This document shows, one piece after another, positions 1 to 9,479 of a DNA stretch of 64,000 bases. The notes beneath the pieces were generated by a model, which saw only the letters and a program-made list of their open reading frames with translations, was not told the DNA's origin and made no database searches. How positions within the stretch are numbered: the first letter of the stretch is position 1; each line of letters starts with the position of its first letter. The translations under genes were made by a program, and so were the position numbers. The stretch lies in assembly GCF_053078305.1 (NCBI RefSeq), contig NZ_CP166879.1; one strand, 5' to 3'.

Positions 1-1
1 G

Positions 2-256
2 ACCGCATTGTTGATGGCGCTGCTGGCCATTTCATTAAGTCGGGTAAAACCGCGGCAAGGGCGATTTTCAACGTTATTGCCACTGACGTTGCTGTTTGTT
101 GCCATTTTTTATGGCGGCGACGTCTGCCGTACGCTGGTGGCTAACGGCGCGATTCCCCTCATTCCTGGTTTGTGGTTAGTGCCCGGACTCATGCTAATGG
201 GCCTGCTGATGCTGGTCGCACGCGACTTCTCTTTGCTGCAGAAATTTTCCCGATGA
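2..256 (+). CDS. LptF/LptG-family (YjgP/YjgQ) permease, C-terminal part; 5' end lies outside the window
   Basis: Open frame runs from window edge to stop at 254-256; hydrophobic C-terminus with a PRQGRF motif as recalled for LptF/LptG permeases; stop overlaps start of next permease (ATGA). Confidence 0.6.
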   Translation, partial: TALLMALLAISLSRVKPRQGRFSTLLPLTLLFVAIFYGGDVCRTLVANGAIPLIPGLWLVPGLMLMGLLMLVARDFSLLQKFSR

Positions 257-1332
257 ATGTTTTCAGTCGCTATTTAATCCGTCATCTCTTTCTCGGTTTT
301 GCCGCCGCCGCAGGGTTATTGCTGCCGCTTTTTACTACCTTCAACCTGATTAACGAACTGGATGATGTCAGCCCGGGCGGTTATCGCTGGACTCAGGCGG
401 TGCTGGTGGTGCTGATGACCTTACCGCGTACACTGGTCGAACTTTCGCCGTTTATCGCATTATTGGGAGGGATTGTTGGCCTGGGGCAGTTATCGAAAAA
501 CAGTGAGCTTACCGCCATTCGCAGCACGGGGTTTTCTATCTTCCGTATTGCACTGGTGGCGCTGGTTGCCGGGATATTGTGGACTGTTTCGTTAGGCGCG
601 ATAGATGAGTGGGTGGCGTCGCCATTGCAGCAACAGGCGCTGCAAATCAAATCGACCGCCACCGCGTTAGGGGAGGACGATGACATTACCGGCAATATGC
701 TGTGGGCCAGGCGCGGCAATGAATTTGTGACGGTGAAATCGCTGAACGAGCAGGGCCAGCCGGTGGGCGTGGAGATATTTCATTATCGCGACGATCTCTC
801 GCTCGAATCCTACATTTATGCACGCAGTGCCACCATTAAAGACGACAAAATGTGGATCCTGCATGGTGTGAATCATAAAAAATGGCTTAACGGTAAAGAA
901 ACGCTGGACACATCAGATAATCTTGCCTGGCAATCGGCCTTCACCAGTATGGATCTTGAAGAGCTATCGATGCCGGGGAATACTTTTTCTGTCCGTCAGC
1001 TTAATCATTACATCCATTATTTGCAGGAAACCGGGCAACCCAGCAGCGAATACCGCCTTGCACTGTGGGAAAAACTGGGGCAACCCATCCTGACCCTGGC
1101 GATGATTTTGCTGGCTGTGCCGTTTACCTTTAGTGCCCCGCGCTCGCCAGGGATGGGTAGCCGTCTCGCTGTAGGTGTCATCGTTGGCTTACTCACCTGG
1201 ATCAGCTATCAAATCATGGTCAATCTGGGATTGCTATTTGCGTTAAGCGCACCTGTTACCGCGCTCGGTTTACCGATAGCGTTCGTGCTGGTGGCGTTGA
1301 GCCTGGTGTATTGGTATGACAGACAACATTAA
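253..1332 (+). CDS. LptF/LptG-family (YjgP/YjgQ) permease, second of a pair
   Basis: ATG at 253 overlaps upstream stop; N-terminus MNVFSRYLIRHLF typical of this family; multiple hydrophobic segments and a large central loop; the ORF-track start at 172 is rejected as an overlapping extension. Confidence 0.7.
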   Translation: MNVFSRYLIRHLFLGFAAAAGLLLPLFTTFNLINELDDVSPGGYRWTQAVLVVLMTLPRTLVELSPFIALLGGIVGLGQLSKNSELTAIRSTGFSIFRIALVALVAGILWTVSLGAIDEWVASPLQQQALQIKSTATALGEDDDITGNMLWARRGNEFVTVKSLNEQGQPVGVEIFHYRDDLSLESYIYARSATIKDDKMWILHGVNHKKWLNGKETLDTSDNLAWQSAFTSMDLEELSMPGNTFSVRQLNHYIHYLQETGQPSSEYRLALWEKLGQPILTLAMILLAVPFTFSAPRSPGMGSRLAVGVIVGLLTWISYQIMVNLGLLFALSAPVTALGLPIAFVLVALSLVYWYDRQH

Positions 1333-1366
1333 ACCCGCCGTGGCGCAACACCACGGCGGGCTCACA

Positions 1367-2539
1367 TTACTGCTTCAGAGTAGCAAATGCCTGAATGATG
1401 GCATCGATTTGCTCACGACTGTGGGCAGCGTTTACGCTACAGCGCAGCAGCGTGATGCCTGCAGGCGCGGCAGGTGGCAGGATAAGATTCACATAAACGC
1501 CCAGCGAAATAAGCTCGCGCCAGATGCGTAAACCGTCCTCTTTCGAACCGATTATTACCGGCACTACCGGGCTAATATGTGAACTTAACTCATAACCCAG
1601 TTTTTGCAGACCGTCATACAGATGGTTGGCATTATCCATCAGCTTTTGCCGCAGCTCTGGTTGTGTGGCAATAGTTCTTAACGACGAGCGCACGGTCGCA
1701 ATGCAGGACGGAGAAGGAGAGGCGGTAAAAATATACGGGCGGCTGCCGTAGCGCAGCACTTCCATCGCTTCCGAACCGACAGCAAAACCGCCAATCGAGG
1801 CCAGACTTTTACTGAAGGTGCCAACGATAATATCCACATCATCTTCAACGCCAACGGCTTCAGCCAGTCCGCGCCCCGTTGCGCCTAACACGCCAAACGA
1901 ATGCGCTTCATCGACAATCAAATAACCACCGAGACGACGTTTGATATCAACAATTTCCGCTAACGGCGCAACGTCACCGAGCATGCTGTAGATACCCTCA
2001 ACGATGATAATCGCCTCTTTCGCCCGTTCACCGAGGCGAACCATGCGCCGTTCCAGATCTTTAGCATCGTTATGGCGGAAACGAATAATTTCCGCGCTAC
2101 CGAGAGAACAGGCGTCATAAATACTGGCGTGGCTGTCGGCATCCAGTAACACCACGGCGTTATGGTCGGCAAGTGCGCTGATGACGCCTAAATTAGCGGT
2201 ATAACCGGTTGAAAAAACGATAGCGGTAGGGCGATTGAAAAACGCGGCAATCTCTTTCTCTAACGCCAGGTGCGGCGCATAACTGCCGTTTGCCATACGA
2301 GAACCGGTGGTGCCGGTGCCTTGGGCCGCTAACGCTGCCTGACCTTCGGCGATGGCATCATGATTAAAGGTTAAACCGAGGTAATTATTGGTCCCGGCCA
2401 GAATCACTTTTTTATTGCCGATCCGGCCTTCGGTGGCGGAATACACTTCATCAATACAGGTGCCAAACGGTGTTAACCCGTTGTCACTAAATTGCAGTCG
2501 CTCGCCAGCAAGGCGCGCATATTTATCGTATAGCCCCAT
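1367..2539 (-). CDS. PLP-dependent alpha-oxoamine synthase family acyltransferase (serine palmitoyltransferase / AONS / KBL-like)
   Basis: 390 aa; GTFSKS motif containing the PLP-binding lysine; start overlaps stop of the upstream ACP gene. Confidence 0.8.
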   Translation of the reverse strand: MGLYDKYARLAGERLQFSDNGLTPFGTCIDEVYSATEGRIGNKKVILAGTNNYLGLTFNHDAIAEGQAALAAQGTGTTGSRMANGSYAPHLALEKEIAAFFNRPTAIVFSTGYTANLGVISALADHNAVVLLDADSHASIYDACSLGSAEIIRFRHNDAKDLERRMVRLGERAKEAIIIVEGIYSMLGDVAPLAEIVDIKRRLGGYLIVDEAHSFGVLGATGRGLAEAVGVEDDVDIIVGTFSKSLASIGGFAVGSEAMEVLRYGSRPYIFTASPSPSCIATVRSSLRTIATQPELRQKLMDNANHLYDGLQKLGYELSSHISPVVPVIIGSKEDGLRIWRELISLGVYVNLILPPAAPAGITLLRCSVNAAHSREQIDAIIQAFATLKQ

Positions 2540-2787
2540 TATTTATTCTCCAGCCATGGAAGTAGAGTTTCCATTAATTGCGCAGGGGTTTTGACATCCA
2601 GCAGAATATTAATAGGAATGGAAATATCGAATCTGTCTTCCAGCATCATTAAGAGATCCATCACTTTGATCGACTCCAGGCCAAGATCGTTGACGAGATC
2701 GCTGTCGGGCTTAATTTCCACACCGTTTTCGACCAAATCCTGTAAACAGGAAAGGATGTAATCCATTACTATTTCACGATTTACCAT
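2539..2787 (-). CDS. acyl carrier protein
   Basis: 82 aa, acidic, DLGLESI motif with the candidate phosphopantetheine-attachment serine; lies between reductase and oxoamine synthase. Confidence 0.7.
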   Translation of the reverse strand: MVNREIVMDYILSCLQDLVENGVEIKPDSDLVNDLGLESIKVMDLLMMLEDRFDISIPINILLDVKTPAQLMETLLPWLENK

Positions 2788-2818
2788 AGAAACGTTAACA
2801 CACCTTTAAACAAGACAA

Positions 2819-3733
2819 TCAAAATAGCCCGTTGCGTAATGCGTGTTCCAGGCTAATCCCGGGAAACCAATTAATATCTTCAGAAATACGGTTATTACTT
2901 GCCGACCAGTCGGCGTGGGTTAATTCACGAATTTTCGAGCGGGTCAGCATAGGTTCTTTACCTGCCAGGCGACTCAACGCGGTACTGATATCCGCAAGGC
3001 AGGTGAGTACCGGCAGAGGAATGCCAACCATCCGCACAGAACCACAACGGGCGTCGGCGGCAAGCTGTCGTACGCGTTGCCAGTCATAGCCGCCAGCGAC
3101 GCCATCGCATAATTCATAGGTTTGCGTCTGTACAGTTTCGGCGCTTAACCACTGACCCACTGCTTGCGCAAAATCGGTGACGTGCAGGAAAGAGAGTTGT
3201 GTATCTGGCGCACCAAGTCGTGGCAGCAGGCCGCGCAGCATCCAATCAAACAGCGGTTTTAACTCTTTATCGCCGGGACCATACACGGCTGTCGGGCGAA
3301 AAACGCCCAGCGTAATTTTGTCAGCCATTGCAGTCAGCCGTTGTTCGGCGACGTATTTGGAATTTGCGTACCAGGAGAGTTCGGGATGGCGCGCCGCCAG
3401 CGAAGAGATAAACAGAAAACGTTGGCAAAAGCCGCTCTCTTTTGCTGCTTGCATCAGGCGCAGGCTGCCGTCAACGTTACAGTGGGTAAAAATCTCTTCT
3501 TTGTGTCCGCGCACTTGCCCGGCGCAATGGACCACCGCGCTGGCTCCGGCAACCAGTTCGCTAAGCGAATGTGTATCTTCCAGCGAACCGCGCACCCAAG
3601 TAAGATTATCATTGACGTGAGCGCGGGCAGTACGCGTCAATGCGCGAACGTGAAAGCCGCGGGCGAGCAGGTTATCGATAATATATTTACCGATAAACCC
3701 GGTAGCGCCCGTCACCGCGACAGTTTGATTCAT
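2819..3733 (-). CDS. NAD(P)-dependent epimerase/dehydratase-family reductase (extended SDR)
   Basis: 304 aa; N-terminal TGATGFIG Rossmann motif and a YANSK (YxxxK) catalytic motif; 4-bp overlap with upstream ligase gene. Confidence 0.75.
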   Translation of the reverse strand: MNQTVAVTGATGFIGKYIIDNLLARGFHVRALTRTARAHVNDNLTWVRGSLEDTHSLSELVAGASAVVHCAGQVRGHKEEIFTHCNVDGSLRLMQAAKESGFCQRFLFISSLAARHPELSWYANSKYVAEQRLTAMADKITLGVFRPTAVYGPGDKELKPLFDWMLRGLLPRLGAPDTQLSFLHVTDFAQAVGQWLSAETVQTQTYELCDGVAGGYDWQRVRQLAADARCGSVRMVGIPLPVLTCLADISTALSRLAGKEPMLTRSKIRELTHADWSASNNRISEDINWFPGISLEHALRNGLF

Positions 3734-5460
3734 GCCAGGGATTCCTGCACATGAAGACTGGCAGCATAAGCCTTCTGATAACGTTTTTTCGCTTCCGCAC
3801 GGGCAGGCTTGCCGGAGGACGTTCGGGGAATACTGTGGGGCGGCAACAGATCGATAGCCGCGGTCACGCCAAATTCGCTTTGGATCCGTGCCGCCAGCGC
3901 GTGGATAAGCTGCCCGCGACGTTCTTCATCGCTGATCCGACACTGGATCTGCAAAATGATTTTTTCCTGGGCGGTAACAAAAGCAATCGCATCGCCAGAA
4001 TGAATTTCCGGTTCCTGTTCCGCTATATATTCAATATCCTGCGGCCAGATATTACGGCCACGAATAATAATCAGATCTTTAATGCGTCCGGTGACATACA
4101 GATAACCGTCCAGCAGATAACCGAGGTCGCCAGTGTCTAACCAGCCCGTCGCGGCAATCTCGTCTTGCGAAGCCTGGTCGCCAAAGTAACCGCTCATCAG
4201 ACTGGGACCGGAGATGCAAATATGGCCTACCACACGTTCCGCGACCGGCATACCTGCTTCATTGCGGATTTCAATACCATGTTCCGGCAACGCTTTGCCG
4301 CAGTTGACGAAAGTCGATACGGCGCGTGTCTCTGCACCCGGCGCGACGGCTTTACCCTGATATTCGAGGATGTCGCGATCCACTTCGTTAACCACAACCC
4401 CGGAGGCTTCATCAGAGAAGCTGACAGCCAGCGCATTTTCTGCCAGTCCGTAGCACGGCATGAAAGTTTTATTGTCAAAGTTAACCTGACGGAAACATTC
4501 AGCGAATTGATGGAGTTGTTCTGCGGAGATGGGTTCTGCACCAATACCAGCGACGCGCCAGCAGGAAAGATCCAGTTCAGCGAGATCTTTTTCATTCACG
4601 CGGCGCTGGCACAATTCATAGCCAAACGGCGGCGCAACGGAAACGGTGCCGCGATTTTTACTGATCAATTTAAGCCATTGCAGAGGACGCATGGCAAAAT
4701 CCTGAGTGCGCAAATAATCTACTGAAAGTTGCGTGGCGACCGGGGTCAGGAGAAAGCCGACCAGTCCCATATCATGGTAGAAAGGCAGCCAGGAGACGCA
4801 GCGGTCGCCAGGGCGTAATTTAATGCCGTCGTGGCTTATAGCACGTAGATTAGCCATCACTTCGCGATGGGTGATAATGACGCCACGGGGAAAACGGGTG
4901 CTGCCGGAGGTGTACTGGAGGTAGGCGATATCGTTCGGAACTGGACGCTGGAGCGCAACATCAGCTTCCGGTAATGCCTTAAACCAGGCGTGGCTTAATA
5001 CATGCAATTCGGGGTTGTTATGCGTGGCGGCATTGACCAGCGGCAACCACTCATCACCAGTGATAATGGCAGCGGGCTGGCAACTTGCCAGTAAACCCTG
5101 CAGTTTGGCGCTCCAGGAATCCCGCTGACCGACGCCCATTGGAATCGCCAACGGGACGGCGACTAAGCCGGCATACTGGCAGGAAAAAAAAGCCTCTACG
5201 AACCCGCTACTGGTTTCGGCAATCAGCGCCACGCGATCGCCTTTTTTCAGGTTCAGCGATAACAACCGCTTCGCACCAGCTTCGGCACGTGCTTTTAACG
5301 TCTGATATTCCAGTTGATCTTCAAGTTGGCAACGTCTGTCATAAAAATTCATTCCGGCGCTACTCAGAGCGGCGTAGTCCAAAGCATCAACCAGCGTTGG
5401 AAAATCGGCATAGCGCATAGGTAGGGAATGCGTAAAGATTTTATTAGACATATACACCAC
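3730..5460 (-). CDS. fatty acyl-AMP ligase / acyl-ACP synthetase (adenylate-forming enzyme)
   Basis: 576 aa; AMP-binding motif YTSGSTRFPRGV; single adenylation domain with no condensation or thiolation domain. Confidence 0.8.
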   Translation of the reverse strand: MVYMSNKIFTHSLPMRYADFPTLVDALDYAALSSAGMNFYDRRCQLEDQLEYQTLKARAEAGAKRLLSLNLKKGDRVALIAETSSGFVEAFFSCQYAGLVAVPLAIPMGVGQRDSWSAKLQGLLASCQPAAIITGDEWLPLVNAATHNNPELHVLSHAWFKALPEADVALQRPVPNDIAYLQYTSGSTRFPRGVIITHREVMANLRAISHDGIKLRPGDRCVSWLPFYHDMGLVGFLLTPVATQLSVDYLRTQDFAMRPLQWLKLISKNRGTVSVAPPFGYELCQRRVNEKDLAELDLSCWRVAGIGAEPISAEQLHQFAECFRQVNFDNKTFMPCYGLAENALAVSFSDEASGVVVNEVDRDILEYQGKAVAPGAETRAVSTFVNCGKALPEHGIEIRNEAGMPVAERVVGHICISGPSLMSGYFGDQASQDEIAATGWLDTGDLGYLLDGYLYVTGRIKDLIIIRGRNIWPQDIEYIAEQEPEIHSGDAIAFVTAQEKIILQIQCRISDEERRGQLIHALAARIQSEFGVTAAIDLLPPHSIPRTSSGKPARAEAKKRYQKAYAASLHVQESLA

Positions 5461-5814
5461 GAAAAAATTGGATATCCAAAATAAAATGACAATAATGCGG
5501 TGGATTATATAGGTATAAAAGATAAATGAGATAGTATTTTCATTGGTGTGATATTGAACATTGATTAAAATAATGCTTTAAATCTTAACTCTGTTTATTG
5601 TGAATAATATTTAATTTATGAATATATTAAGATAATGCCCTGGTGGGTCGCATTAAATCCACAATAGTCATGTTGATCGGCTAACGGTGGCGCTGGTGTA
5701 TCGTAATTATTCATAAATATTATTTTATTTTTCCTTATATTCATTGCGTGGATAGTTAAGGTACCGTCCGTTGCTGTTTATTTTCAGCATTAATTATTTG
5801 TTATCCACTAAGCT
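5461..5814. promoter_or_regulatory. AT-rich divergent intergenic region between the ligase operon and yghO (putative promoters)
   Basis: 354-bp non-coding, strongly AT-rich segment between divergently oriented genes. Confidence 0.4.
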
Positions 5815-6957
5815 ATGGAATGCGATCTGCTGATGATTCAAATTGAAAAAGTAACTAATAAAAATGACCTTAAGGCATTTATCGCTTTTCCGTCATCACT
5901 TTATCCCGACGATCCAAACTGGATACCCCCTTTATTCATTGAACGCAACGAGCATTTGTCTGTGAAAAATCCGGGGACGGACCATATCATCTGGCAGGCG
6001 TGGGTGGCAAAAATAGCCGGGCAGATAGTTGGGCGTATTACCGCGCAAATCGATACCTTACACCGCGAGCGTTACGGCGAAGATACCGGTCATTTCGGCA
6101 TGATTGACGGCATTGATGATCCGCAGGTTTTTGCCGCGTTGTTTGGCGCAGCGGAAGCGTGGTTGAAGTCACAAGGTGCAAGTAAGATCAGCGGTCCTTT
6201 CAGCCTGAATATCAATCAGGAAAGCGGATTACTGATTGAAGGTTTCGATACACCACCCTGTGCGATGATGCCACACGGCAAACCGTGGTATGCCGTGCAT
6301 ATTGAACAATTGGGTTATCACAAAGGCATTGATTTACTGGCGTGGTGGATGCAGCGAACCGATCTCACTTTCTCTCCGGCGCTAAAAAAACTGATGGATC
6401 AGGTGCGCAAAAAGGTGACCATTCGCTGCATCAATCGCCAGCGGTTTGCCGAAGAGATGCAGATCCTGCGTGAGATTTTCAACTCTGGCTGGCAGCACAA
6501 CTGGGGATTTGTGCCGTTTACCGAACATGAATTCGCGACCATGGGCGACCAACTTAAATATCTGGTGCCGGACGATATGATCTACATCGCTGAGATTGAT
6601 TCTGCACCCTGCGCGTTTATTGTCGGCTTGCCGAACATCAACGAGGCGATTGCCGATCTGAACGGATCGCTCTTTCCCTTCGGCTGGGCAAAATTGCTGT
6701 GGCGTTTGAAAGTCAGCGGTGTGCGAACTGCGCGAGTGCCGCTGATGGGCGTGCGGGACGAGTATCAGTTCAGCCGCATCGGCCCGGTGATTGCGCTGTT
6801 ATTGATTGAAGCCTTACGCGATCCGTTTGCCCGCCGGAAGATCGATGCGCTGGAGATGTCATGGATCCTCGAAACCAATACAGGCATGAATAACATGCTG
6901 GAACGCATTGGGGCGGAGCCGTACAAGCGTTACCGATTGTATGAAAAGCAGATTTAA
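5815..6957 (+). CDS. yghO: YghO-like protein, putative N-acyltransferase
   Basis: 380-aa ORF beside glcC, the position yghO occupies in E. coli; the acyltransferase fold is recalled from family annotation and is not visible as a motif. Confidence 0.6.
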   Translation: MECDLLMIQIEKVTNKNDLKAFIAFPSSLYPDDPNWIPPLFIERNEHLSVKNPGTDHIIWQAWVAKIAGQIVGRITAQIDTLHRERYGEDTGHFGMIDGIDDPQVFAALFGAAEAWLKSQGASKISGPFSLNINQESGLLIEGFDTPPCAMMPHGKPWYAVHIEQLGYHKGIDLLAWWMQRTDLTFSPALKKLMDQVRKKVTIRCINRQRFAEEMQILREIFNSGWQHNWGFVPFTEHEFATMGDQLKYLVPDDMIYIAEIDSAPCAFIVGLPNINEAIADLNGSLFPFGWAKLLWRLKVSGVRTARVPLMGVRDEYQFSRIGPVIALLLIEALRDPFARRKIDALEMSWILETNTGMNNMLERIGAEPYKRYRLYEKQI

Positions 6958-6963
6958 TACCAG

Positions 6964-7728
6964 CTAACTCAGGTTCATCTCCAGCGGCACCGCCGAGCGA
7001 ATCAAATGGTGGCCTTCCAGCTCGATATCGTGGAGATTCTTTTTCACGGTCCGCACATGATCGCGTGCTGCGCGCTGGGCGACGTGCGGCAGCCGCTGCA
7101 ACACCGCGTTGTAGATCCGCGCATGCTGGCGATCGATCTGCTTTTTTTGCTGTGGTCGATGGTAGAGATTATTTACGCTGGCAAACACTGAATTAAACAT
7201 CAGGTCAGTCAATGATTGCAGCGTAAACACCAGCACCTGATTGTGAGAAGCCTGACAAATGGCGAGATGGAAAGCGTGATCCAACTGCGCATGTTCGATC
7301 AGCGAAATCTCTTTGTTGTTCTCACTGGCGGCGAGCATTTTTTCATAACAGCGGGTTATCACAACAAAATCAGCCTGCGTTCCCAGCGTTGCCGCCAGCC
7401 TTGCCGATTCGCCCTCCAGCAATGCGCGAACGTCGAGCAGATCGTACAGCGTTCGCGGCTGCGTACTGAACAGATGGATCAGCGGGCTGGTGTCCTGCAC
7501 CCGATTAAGCCGTGCGACACGAGAATCGCGACCCTGCGCCGTTTCAATAATCCCGCGCCCGCGCAGCACGGTCAGCCCTTCACGCAGTGCGGAGCGTGAG
7601 AACCCGAGCTTTTCACACAGTCGACGTTCCGAGGGAAGCGGCTGACCGACCTTCAGTACGCCGTCGATAATTAACCGTTCGATACTCTCTGCAACCACTT
7701 CGCAAATAGGGCGACGTTCATCTTTCAT
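6964..7728 (-). CDS. glcC: GlcC, GntR/FadR-family regulator of the glycolate operon
   Basis: Protein from MKDERRPICEVVAESIERL matches GlcC as recalled; start set at the internal Met rather than the ORF-track start at 7788. Confidence 0.9.
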   Translation of the reverse strand: MKDERRPICEVVAESIERLIIDGVLKVGQPLPSERRLCEKLGFSRSALREGLTVLRGRGIIETAQGRDSRVARLNRVQDTSPLIHLFSTQPRTLYDLLDVRALLEGESARLAATLGTQADFVVITRCYEKMLAASENNKEISLIEHAQLDHAFHLAICQASHNQVLVFTLQSLTDLMFNSVFASVNNLYHRPQQKKQIDRQHARIYNAVLQRLPHVAQRAARDHVRTVKKNLHDIELEGHHLIRSAVPLEMNLS

Positions 7729-7979
7729 TCCCGGACCTCGTGCACAGGTAGGACCAATTTTTCTGTTCTTAACTCGCAAAACACGCACATCACGTAAGTG
7801 ATTATGTTACATCAATTTAACATTGAGTTAACCAAGACAAGGTCACAGAGCTGGAAAAAAAAATGGTCTGACCGGTAGCTAAAGAGATAGACGAAAACGA
7901 AAAGCCCGCTTAATAACTGTTCACAGAAGCAGCGCGCAAAAATCAGCTGCCACACAACATAACAAAGCGAAGCCTACTC
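7729..7979. promoter_or_regulatory. glcC / glcD divergent promoter region
   Basis: Intergenic region between divergent glcC and glcDEFGB. Confidence 0.5.
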
Positions 7980-9479
7980 ATGAGCATCTTGTACGAAGAG
8001 CGTCTTGATGGCGCTTTACCCGATGTCGACCGCACATCGGTACTGATGGCACTGCGTGAGCATGTCCCTGGACTTGAGATCCTGCATACCGATGAGGAGA
8101 TCATTCCTTACGAGTGTGACGGGTTGAGCGCGTATCGCACGCGTCCATTACTGGTTGTTCTGCCTAAGCAGATGGAACAGGTGACATCGATTCTGGCTGT
8201 CTGCCACCGCCTGCGTGTACCGGTGGTGACCCGTGGTGCAGGCACCGGGCTTTCTGGTGGCGCGCTGCCGCTGGAAAAAGGTGTGTTGTTGGTGATGGCG
8301 CGCTTTAAAGAGATCCTCGACATTAACCCCGTTGGTCGCCGCGCGCGCGTGCAGCCAGGCGTGCGTAACCTGGCGATCTCCCAGGCCGTTGCACCGCATA
8401 ATCTCTACTACGCACCGGACCCTTCCTCACAAATCGCCTGTTCCATTGGCGGCAACGTGGCAGAAAATGCCGGCGGCGTCCACTGCCTGAAATATGGTCT
8501 GACCGTACATAACCTGCTGAAAATTGAAGTGCAAACGCTGGATGGCGAGGCACTGACGCTGGGATCGGATGCGCTGGATTCGCCTGGTTTTGACCTGCTG
8601 GCGCTGTTCACCGGATCGGAAGGTATGCTCGGCGTGACCACCGAAGTAACGGTGAAGCTGTTGCCGAAGCCGCCCGTGGCGCGGGTTCTGTTAGCCAGCT
8701 TTGACTCGGTAGAAAAAGCCGGACTTGCAGTTGGTGACATCATCGCCAATGGCATTATCCCCGGCGGGCTGGAGATGATGGATAACCTGTCGATCCGCGC
8801 GGCGGAAGATTTTATTCATGCCGGTTATCCCGTCGACGCCGAAGCGATTTTGTTATGCGAGCTGGACGGCGTGGAGTCTGACGTACAGGAAGACTGCGAG
8901 CGGGTCAACGACATCTTGTTGAAAGCGGGCGCGACTGACGTCCGTCTGGCACAGGACGAAGCAGAGCGCGTACGTTTCTGGGCCGGTCGCAAAAATGCGT
9001 TCCCGGCGGTAGGACGTATCTCCCCGGATTACTACTGCATGGATGGCACCATCCCGCGTCGCGCCCTGCCTGGCGTACTGGAAGGCATTGCCCGTTTATC
9101 GCAGCAATATGATTTACGTGTTGCCAACGTCTTTCATGCCGGAGATGGCAACATGCACCCGTTAATCCTTTTCGATGCCAACGAACCCGGTGAATTTGCC
9201 CGCGCGGAAGAGCTGGGCGGGAAGATCCTCGAACTCTGCGTTGAAGTTGGCGGCAGCATCAGTGGGGAACATGGCATCGGGCGAGAAAAAATCAATCAAA
9301 TGTGCGCCCAGTTCAACAGCGATGAAATCACGACCTTCCATGCGGTCAAGGCGGCGTTTGACCCCGATGGTTTGCTGAACCCTGGGAAAAACATTCCCAC
9401 GCTACACCGCTGTGCTGAATTTGGTGCCATGCATGTGCATCACGGTCATTTACCTTTCCCTGAACTGGAGCGTTTCTGA
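7980..9479 (+). CDS. glcD: glycolate oxidase subunit GlcD (FAD-binding)
   Basis: 499 aa beginning MSILYEERLDG; conserved operon order. Confidence 0.95.
   Translation: MSILYEERLDGALPDVDRTSVLMALREHVPGLEILHTDEEIIPYECDGLSAYRTRPLLVVLPKQMEQVTSILAVCHRLRVPVVTRGAGTGLSGGALPLEKGVLLVMARFKEILDINPVGRRARVQPGVRNLAISQAVAPHNLYYAPDPSSQIACSIGGNVAENAGGVHCLKYGLTVHNLLKIEVQTLDGEALTLGSDALDSPGFDLLALFTGSEGMLGVTTEVTVKLLPKPPVARVLLASFDSVEKAGLAVGDIIANGIIPGGLEMMDNLSIRAAEDFIHAGYPVDAEAILLCELDGVESDVQEDCERVNDILLKAGATDVRLAQDEAERVRFWAGRKNAFPAVGRISPDYYCMDGTIPRRALPGVLEGIARLSQQYDLRVANVFHAGDGNMHPLILFDANEPGEFARAEELGGKILELCVEVGGSISGEHGIGREKINQMCAQFNSDEITTFHAVKAAFDPDGLLNPGKNIPTLHRCAEFGAMHVHHGHLPFPELERF

Noticed and set aside
172-1332. 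ORF-track start at 172 giving a 386-aa permease
   Set aside because: The first 27 codons overlap the upstream permease gene in another frame; the ATG at 253 overlaps the upstream stop (ATGA) and gives a family-typical N-terminus.
3730-5460. Possible non-ribosomal peptide synthetase
   Set aside because: Only one adenylation-type domain of about 576 aa is present, with no condensation or thiolation domain; a stand-alone fatty acyl-AMP ligase is more consistent.
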